Source of the DNA: a virus
Taxonomy: Duplodnaviria; Caudoviricetes
Reading direction: 5' to 3' (one strand)
Length of the DNA: 47,616 bases
IMG/VR virus record: IMGVR_UViG_3300037785_000058
Span: 1-47,616 of that record
Below the pieces are notes generated by a model. That model did no database searches and had not been told where the DNA came from. It was given only the letters and a program-made list of their open reading frames with translations. Shown here one piece after another: positions 43,392 through 47,616 of this stretch. Numbering within the stretch: the stretch's first letter is position 1; each line of letters opens with the position of its first letter. A program made the translations under genes and the position numbers.

Positions 43392-43868
43392 CTACGTTGG
43401 GTTGAATTCGCCGTCGCTGTATACGGTGAATATGTTGCTGAGGGATTGGACCAGTTTGTCCGGTAGTCCGCCCCGCCCCCGCACCGTCCAGATTGTGGAA
43501 ATAAGGTATTGTCCGGGGGGAGGGCGGGTACACTTTCCGTCCGTCCACCACTCTAGCGTTAGCGGGTCGGGGAGGGCAGCGTCGGGCCGGTAGTCGCTCG
43601 TTCCGCGCGCCGTACACCACACTTTCCAACCCCCGGAGTCATGCGAGCGCACCACCACCGACCAATCGGCCACAAAGTCCCGGTGAATGGTGCGGTCCAC
43701 TTCCATTATCACGTCGGCCCCCGACACGCTGTCGAATACAGCCACCCGGTCCACGTCAAGCCACCACGACGCAGGCCAAAGCGAAATCGTGATTCGGAAA
43801 AGCAGATACATTGCCGCCAGCCAAAACAGGGGCCAAGAGTGGGTCCAGGAGATCAGCTTCCGAGCCAT
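43392..43868 (-). CDS. Membrane-anchored periplasmic protein (possibly lysis accessory)
   Basis: N-terminal TM helix and a Trp-rich domain with two Cys. Confidence 0.6.
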   Translation of the reverse strand: MARKLISWTHSWPLFWLAAMYLLFRITISLWPASWWLDVDRVAVFDSVSGADVIMEVDRTIHRDFVADWSVVVRSHDSGGWKVWCTARGTSDYRPDAALPDPLTLEWWTDGKCTRPPPGQYLISTIWTVRGRGGLPDKLVQSLSNIFTVYSDGEFNPT

Positions 43869-44077
43869 GCTTTAACCCTCGCTGCCAAAGAATCCCATGC
43901 CGCAATTGCCCCCGCTATCAGACCAAGCGTTACCACGGTGGCCCGCATAGCCCGGCCTAGGAATCGCAATCCGCGATAGGTGGCTATGACCTCCCGTATC
44001 AGAGCGGCTTCCTCCGGCGAGAACATTGGATCCGTGGCAACTTTCTTCTCTACGACCTGCAAAGTATCTTCAGTCAT
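43853..44077 (-). CDS. Small membrane protein (holin/antiholin-like)
   Basis: Single C-terminal TM helix ATVVTLGLIAGAIAAW. Confidence 0.55.
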   Translation of the reverse strand: MTEDTLQVVEKKVATDPMFSPEEAALIREVIATYRGLRFLGRAMRATVVTLGLIAGAIAAWDSLAARVKAWLGS

Positions 44078-44417
44078 GTTTGAACAAACTTACCGCTAGC
44101 CACATCAGCTTTCTTCGGATGCGGCCAACCCCGTCCGCCCGCAAGGCCTCGTGGAACTCCGCTCCCGCTGTTACTCTGGACCATCCGTTCTCCAGCATAT
44201 GGTCGTGAAGGCAAGCGGCTTTCAGATACCGCTCATCTTTTGGGTCGAATGCCCATTGCGCCCAGACGGGAATAGAAACGTCAAACCTAAAACCCGCCTC
44301 TACGGTGTAGACCCAGCCCGACCCAGACCTTCCTAAATGCCAGCGTATTGCGCGAACGGTGATAAAGTCGTCGCCCATCGGAACACACCAGTCGCGCAGA
44401 TCGGTGTAGTCGCTCAT
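44070..44417 (-). CDS. DUF1353 family protein
   Basis: VEAGFRFDVSIP...YLKAACLHDHML...FHEALRADGV...MWLAV. Confidence 0.8.
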   Translation of the reverse strand: MSDYTDLRDWCVPMGDDFITVRAIRWHLGRSGSGWVYTVEAGFRFDVSIPVWAQWAFDPKDERYLKAACLHDHMLENGWSRVTAGAEFHEALRADGVGRIRRKLMWLAVSLFKHD

Positions 44418-44959
44418 GGCCACCTCGCCGGATCGGCGAAATCGGCCGGGATCGGGTCCATGGCGAGGATCTGCGCCTGCGCCGCGAGGATCGCCCCGCT
44501 TGCCGCCGCATAGGTGTTGCGCTTGTCGATGACGAGCGTCGCCATCTCAAGCAACGACAGCCCGCGCGCCGCCGCGAGGGCCGTCAGGATCGGCGTATTT
44601 GCTCCCAGCCCCGGATCTGCCGCGAGATAGCGTTCAGCTTCTGCTACCTGTGGACCCCAAGTTTCTCGCTCGGCGGGGCTGTAGGGCGCACCGATGGCTT
44701 CGAGCTTTCGCGCAGCGAGGGCGCGAACATCGGCCTCAGTGGGGGCGGGAGGGGCTTCCGGCGCGGGCGCAGCGAAGGTCGTGCCGTCGTGCGTCCAGCC
44801 GATCTGCACCTCGGGACCGGCCTCGACATAGTCCGGCCATGCTTCGGCAAGAGTGGGCGGCGCGGGGTAGCCCTCCTCCGGCTCGGGCGGAACAGCCGCG
44901 ACGATGCGGTCCACGACCACGCCGCCCTCGATCTTCACAAGCATCACATTCGTCATCAC
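44414..44959 (-). CDS. Tail fibre assembly/accessory protein
   Basis: VQIGWTHDGTTFAAP and YSPAERETWGPQVAEA...LAAARG. Follows the fibre gene. Confidence 0.7.
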   Translation of the reverse strand: MMTNVMLVKIEGGVVVDRIVAAVPPEPEEGYPAPPTLAEAWPDYVEAGPEVQIGWTHDGTTFAAPAPEAPPAPTEADVRALAARKLEAIGAPYSPAERETWGPQVAEAERYLAADPGLGANTPILTALAAARGLSLLEMATLVIDKRNTYAAASGAILAAQAQILAMDPIPADFADPARWP

Positions 44960-45735
44960 GCATACTCCCAGATCAGGACGCAGCCGGGGGTCCCGTCGCC
45001 GCCCGTGTAGGACGTGTTCGTGTCGTAGGACGACGCGCCGCCCCCGCCTGCGCCGTAGCCGCTGGCGTTGTTGCCGTTGCCCCCGCCGGAGACTGACAAC
45101 CCGCTGATGGCGTTGGAGCGCCCGCCCTTGCCGAACTTGCTGCCCCCGCCGAGGCCGATTGTCAGTGAGTTGGTCGTCCCGCCCCCTGCACCAAACTCGC
45201 CGGCCGCGTTGACGATGCCGCCGCTGGCACCGCCACCACTTGTAGCCACGAGCACCGCAGTCGCAGAGGTTGACCCGGAGCGATGTGCCCCGCCTGCCCC
45301 GCCGCCTGCAGTCAGTGTCAGCCCGGAGGCTGTCACGGTCGTGTTGCCGCCCGCGCTGCCACCATTTCCGCCCGCACCGCCCGCACCTCCTGCGCCGATG
45401 GTGATGTTGTAGGACGCGAGTGCGGCATCGGCACCGAGGACATACCCCCCGCCGCCGCCGCAGGCACTGACCGCAAATTCACTCCCTGCGTTGTTCGCCA
45501 CCCCGCCGCCGCCGCCGCCCGCGCCCTGCACCTCGAAAAGAATCAGGCTCGTCCGGCTGTCCGGTGCCCACGCCGCGTTCGACGCGGTGATGAGCGTCGG
45601 GGCCTTGATCAGCACCCCGCCCACCGCGTTCAGCTCCTGCGAGAAGCTCCGAAGCTGCCCGACGATGGTCTGCATCCCCGAGGCGAACTCCGGGTCAGCG
45701 ATGGCCGGGGGAGAGTTGATGACAGTGAAGACCAT
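44956..45735 (-). CDS. Glycine-rich tail fibre protein
   Basis: FEVQGAGGGGGG...ITIGAGGAGG...GYGAGGGG...GGDGTPGCVLIWEY. Confidence 0.75.
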   Translation of the reverse strand: MVFTVINSPPAIADPEFASGMQTIVGQLRSFSQELNAVGGVLIKAPTLITASNAAWAPDSRTSLILFEVQGAGGGGGGVANNAGSEFAVSACGGGGGYVLGADAALASYNITIGAGGAGGAGGNGGSAGGNTTVTASGLTLTAGGGAGGAHRSGSTSATAVLVATSGGGASGGIVNAAGEFGAGGGTTNSLTIGLGGGSKFGKGGRSNAISGLSVSGGGNGNNASGYGAGGGGASSYDTNTSYTGGDGTPGCVLIWEYA

Positions 45736-47216
45736 CAGATGAGGCCCCTTACTTCCAAAGTTGCAAAAGAGCGGCCCGCCGCCGCGAGCGGGCCATCGAA
45801 GTCAGGCCGGTATCCGAGGACGAGCGGCGCGCGGTCAAACAGGCTCGCGTCGGCATAGTAGAAGCAAACGCCCTTGCCCTGCTGGGCGAGAATGCGGCGC
45901 GTGTTCTCCTCCGTCCCGACGACGCGCGAGATGCGAAACCGCATGACATCATAGGTCTCGCGCGGCACCACCGTGAGGTTTCCGAACGCATCCTCGGTGC
46001 GGGTGGACTTGTCCCGGAAACCTGCCGAGGTATCCACGACGCTGTCGCCGATCTTGACCCGGCGCCCCCAACCCAGCTCGGCAAGCTCGGTCGTGCCGCC
46101 CGCGCCGTCCAGCTCGATTTCGATTTGGTAACCGACGAATGCGATCAGGTTCTCGAATACCACGTCGGGCACGAAGTCCGGAACGAAGGTCACGAGGTCG
46201 AACCAGTCCCGGATGCCGCTGGAGTCCACCAGCTCGCGGAACAGGTTCTGCTCCTCCGTGGCGACGACCGCGCCTGCCGCCTTCTGCTGGTAGCTGGTCT
46301 CCGCCGCCCCGGCCTCGATCTGCATCCTGCCGAACCAGAACCCGCTGGTCCCGTCGCCGGTGTAGCTGTTCTGGTTGAGGTCGTTGATCGACATCAGCTG
46401 CATCCGGTAGTCGCCGAGCGCAGCGCCAGAGAGGACCGTCGTCAGGCGATAGATGCCGGTTTCGACCTGCGTAATCGACGTGGATGCGTGAACGCCAGTG
46501 CCAGCGGTCGACGTAAGGACGGCCCCGTCGTCGACCAGATCGACCGTCGAGCGCGCCGTGTAAGACAGGTCGTCAATCAGGATGCCAAAGTCGAGTCGCG
46601 ACCACTCGCCCGCCCGAACATCCACCGAGAACACGAGGTCGCCCGACAGGTCCACCAGCAGCGCCGTCCGCACGTAGTGCTGGCCTGTCACCGTGTCCTC
46701 GGTGAAGCGCACCATCGTGTTCAGGCCCGAGCGCCCGTTCGCGGCGCTGTCGGTGACCGATCCGCGCTGCACGAACATGCCGGTCGAGGTCTCGCTGTCG
46801 GGCAGAAGGTTCACCTGCGCCGCGTCCGGGTTGAGCACCCGCAGCCGGGCCGACGCCGCCTGCACACCCTTGAGCCCCAGCGCCGTGATCTGCGTCGTGG
46901 TCTCCAGCGTGTATTTGATCGACCCCGACTGCGTGACGCTCTGCCCCACGGCCCGGTCGAACGCGCGCCAGCGATTGGTCGAGCCGACGCGCACCCACGT
47001 TCCGGTCGCGGGATCGACGTTCGCCGCCACGTCTGGATCGTTGCCAGTGTTGCCGTCCGCCGTGGACTCGAAGACCGAATGCGTAGCGACGGAGATCACC
47101 CGGTCGCCGTTGGCGTAGGTCGTGCCCACGTCCCACGCGGCATGGTCGTTTTCCGGAACGTTGGTGGACACGAGGTTCGCGTCCGCGATGGGCTGGAGGG
47201 GGATCATGTTGCACAT
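45735..47216 (-). CDS. Tail tip/distal tail protein with an inserted carbohydrate-binding-like domain
   Basis: Directly after the TMP. Contains AWDVGTTYANGDRV and WVRVGSTNRWRAFD, plus an insert bounded by VNLLPDSE...QIEAGAAETSYQ. Confidence 0.7.
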   Translation of the reverse strand: MCNMIPLQPIADANLVSTNVPENDHAAWDVGTTYANGDRVISVATHSVFESTADGNTGNDPDVAANVDPATGTWVRVGSTNRWRAFDRAVGQSVTQSGSIKYTLETTTQITALGLKGVQAASARLRVLNPDAAQVNLLPDSETSTGMFVQRGSVTDSAANGRSGLNTMVRFTEDTVTGQHYVRTALLVDLSGDLVFSVDVRAGEWSRLDFGILIDDLSYTARSTVDLVDDGAVLTSTAGTGVHASTSITQVETGIYRLTTVLSGAALGDYRMQLMSINDLNQNSYTGDGTSGFWFGRMQIEAGAAETSYQQKAAGAVVATEEQNLFRELVDSSGIRDWFDLVTFVPDFVPDVVFENLIAFVGYQIEIELDGAGGTTELAELGWGRRVKIGDSVVDTSAGFRDKSTRTEDAFGNLTVVPRETYDVMRFRISRVVGTEENTRRILAQQGKGVCFYYADASLFDRAPLVLGYRPDFDGPLAAAGRSFATLEVRGLI

Positions 47217-47616
47217 CAGGCGGTGTTCTCCTCGATAGCCTCCAGAGAGTCCCTAGATTTCCGGATGTTCTGCTCGATAAGTATGAGGTTGGTATTGATA
47301 TGTTCGAGCTTGGTCATCAGCTCCGGCAGTTTTGCTGCTGTTTCTACCATGGGACTACCGGAGCCAGCAACGGGCACCCCTACGGGCAGCCCTGTTTCCG
47401 ACCCATAAGGGCTGCGACCAGCGCGCTGCACGGCAGCCATGAACTCCCACGCCGTTCTAAAGTCATCAGCGTCAATTGCTCTCCGCGCTTCCTCCGCCGC
47501 CCGCGTAGCCGCGTCCCGAGCCCTAGTCAACTCCCGCTCGGCCTCTGCGGCGTCCTGCAACTGCCAGATCTGCTCCTGCCCGGCGCGGAGATACGGCTCC
47601 ATGAGCGACAGCTCGA
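47216..47616 (-). CDS. Tail tape measure protein, 3' part
   Basis: In frame with 1-3872 across the circular junction; stop at 47216 coupled to the next gene. Confidence 0.85.
   Translation of the reverse strand, partial: ELSLMEPYLRAGQEQIWQLQDAAEAERELTRARDAATRAAEEARRAIDADDFRTAWEFMAAVQRAGRSPYGSETGLPVGVPVAGSGSPMVETAAKLPELMTKLEHINTNLILIEQNIRKSRDSLEAIEENTA
47490..47616. repeat. 127-bp terminal direct repeat (copy 2)
   Basis: Identical to 1-127. Confidence 0.95.

Noticed and set aside
40545-45735. Diversity-generating retroelement acting on the Gly-rich fibre genes
   Set aside because: No reverse transcriptase gene and no template/variable repeat pair seen.
47490-47616. 127-bp terminal repeat as a biological direct terminal repeat
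   Set aside because: It falls in the middle of the tape-measure ORF and equals a standard assembler k-mer length. It indicates circular assembly, not the virion end.

Overview
This window looks like one complete, circularly assembled genome of a lytic siphovirus. It has about 47,489 bp of unique sequence, and bases 1-127 recur at 47490-47616 inside the tape-measure gene. The host is probably alphaproteobacterial (inferred). No integrase, repressor, tRNA or CRISPR array was seen. The minus strand carries one long late operon: a NusG/RfaH-like gene, terminase, DUF1073 portal, DUF2213 protein, decoration protein, DUF2184 capsid, neck and tail genes, a frameshifting tail chaperone, and the tape measure (which wraps the junction). 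It continues through tail-tip and fibre genes, a stand-alone OmpR/ChvI-type winged helix, an amidase and a holin-like gene. The plus strand carries early and replication genes under about ten sigma70-like promoters. These include a primase-polymerase/SF3 helicase and a 2-aminoadenine (Z-DNA) cluster: PolA/DpoZ-like polymerase, purZ, a MazG-like NTP-PPase, datZ, and a SNF2 helicase. The most striking non-coding features are two pseudoknotted type II hammerhead ribozymes, each cutting 58 nt upstream of an early gene inside duplicated operator-promoter-gene-ribozyme-gene units. Also notable are a promoter/terminator-bounded three-hairpin sRNA before the primase, a 10-bp tandem array built from a promoter -10 box, and an array of small genes joined by conserved boundary repeats. 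All protein calls come from motifs read by eye; no database searches were run.
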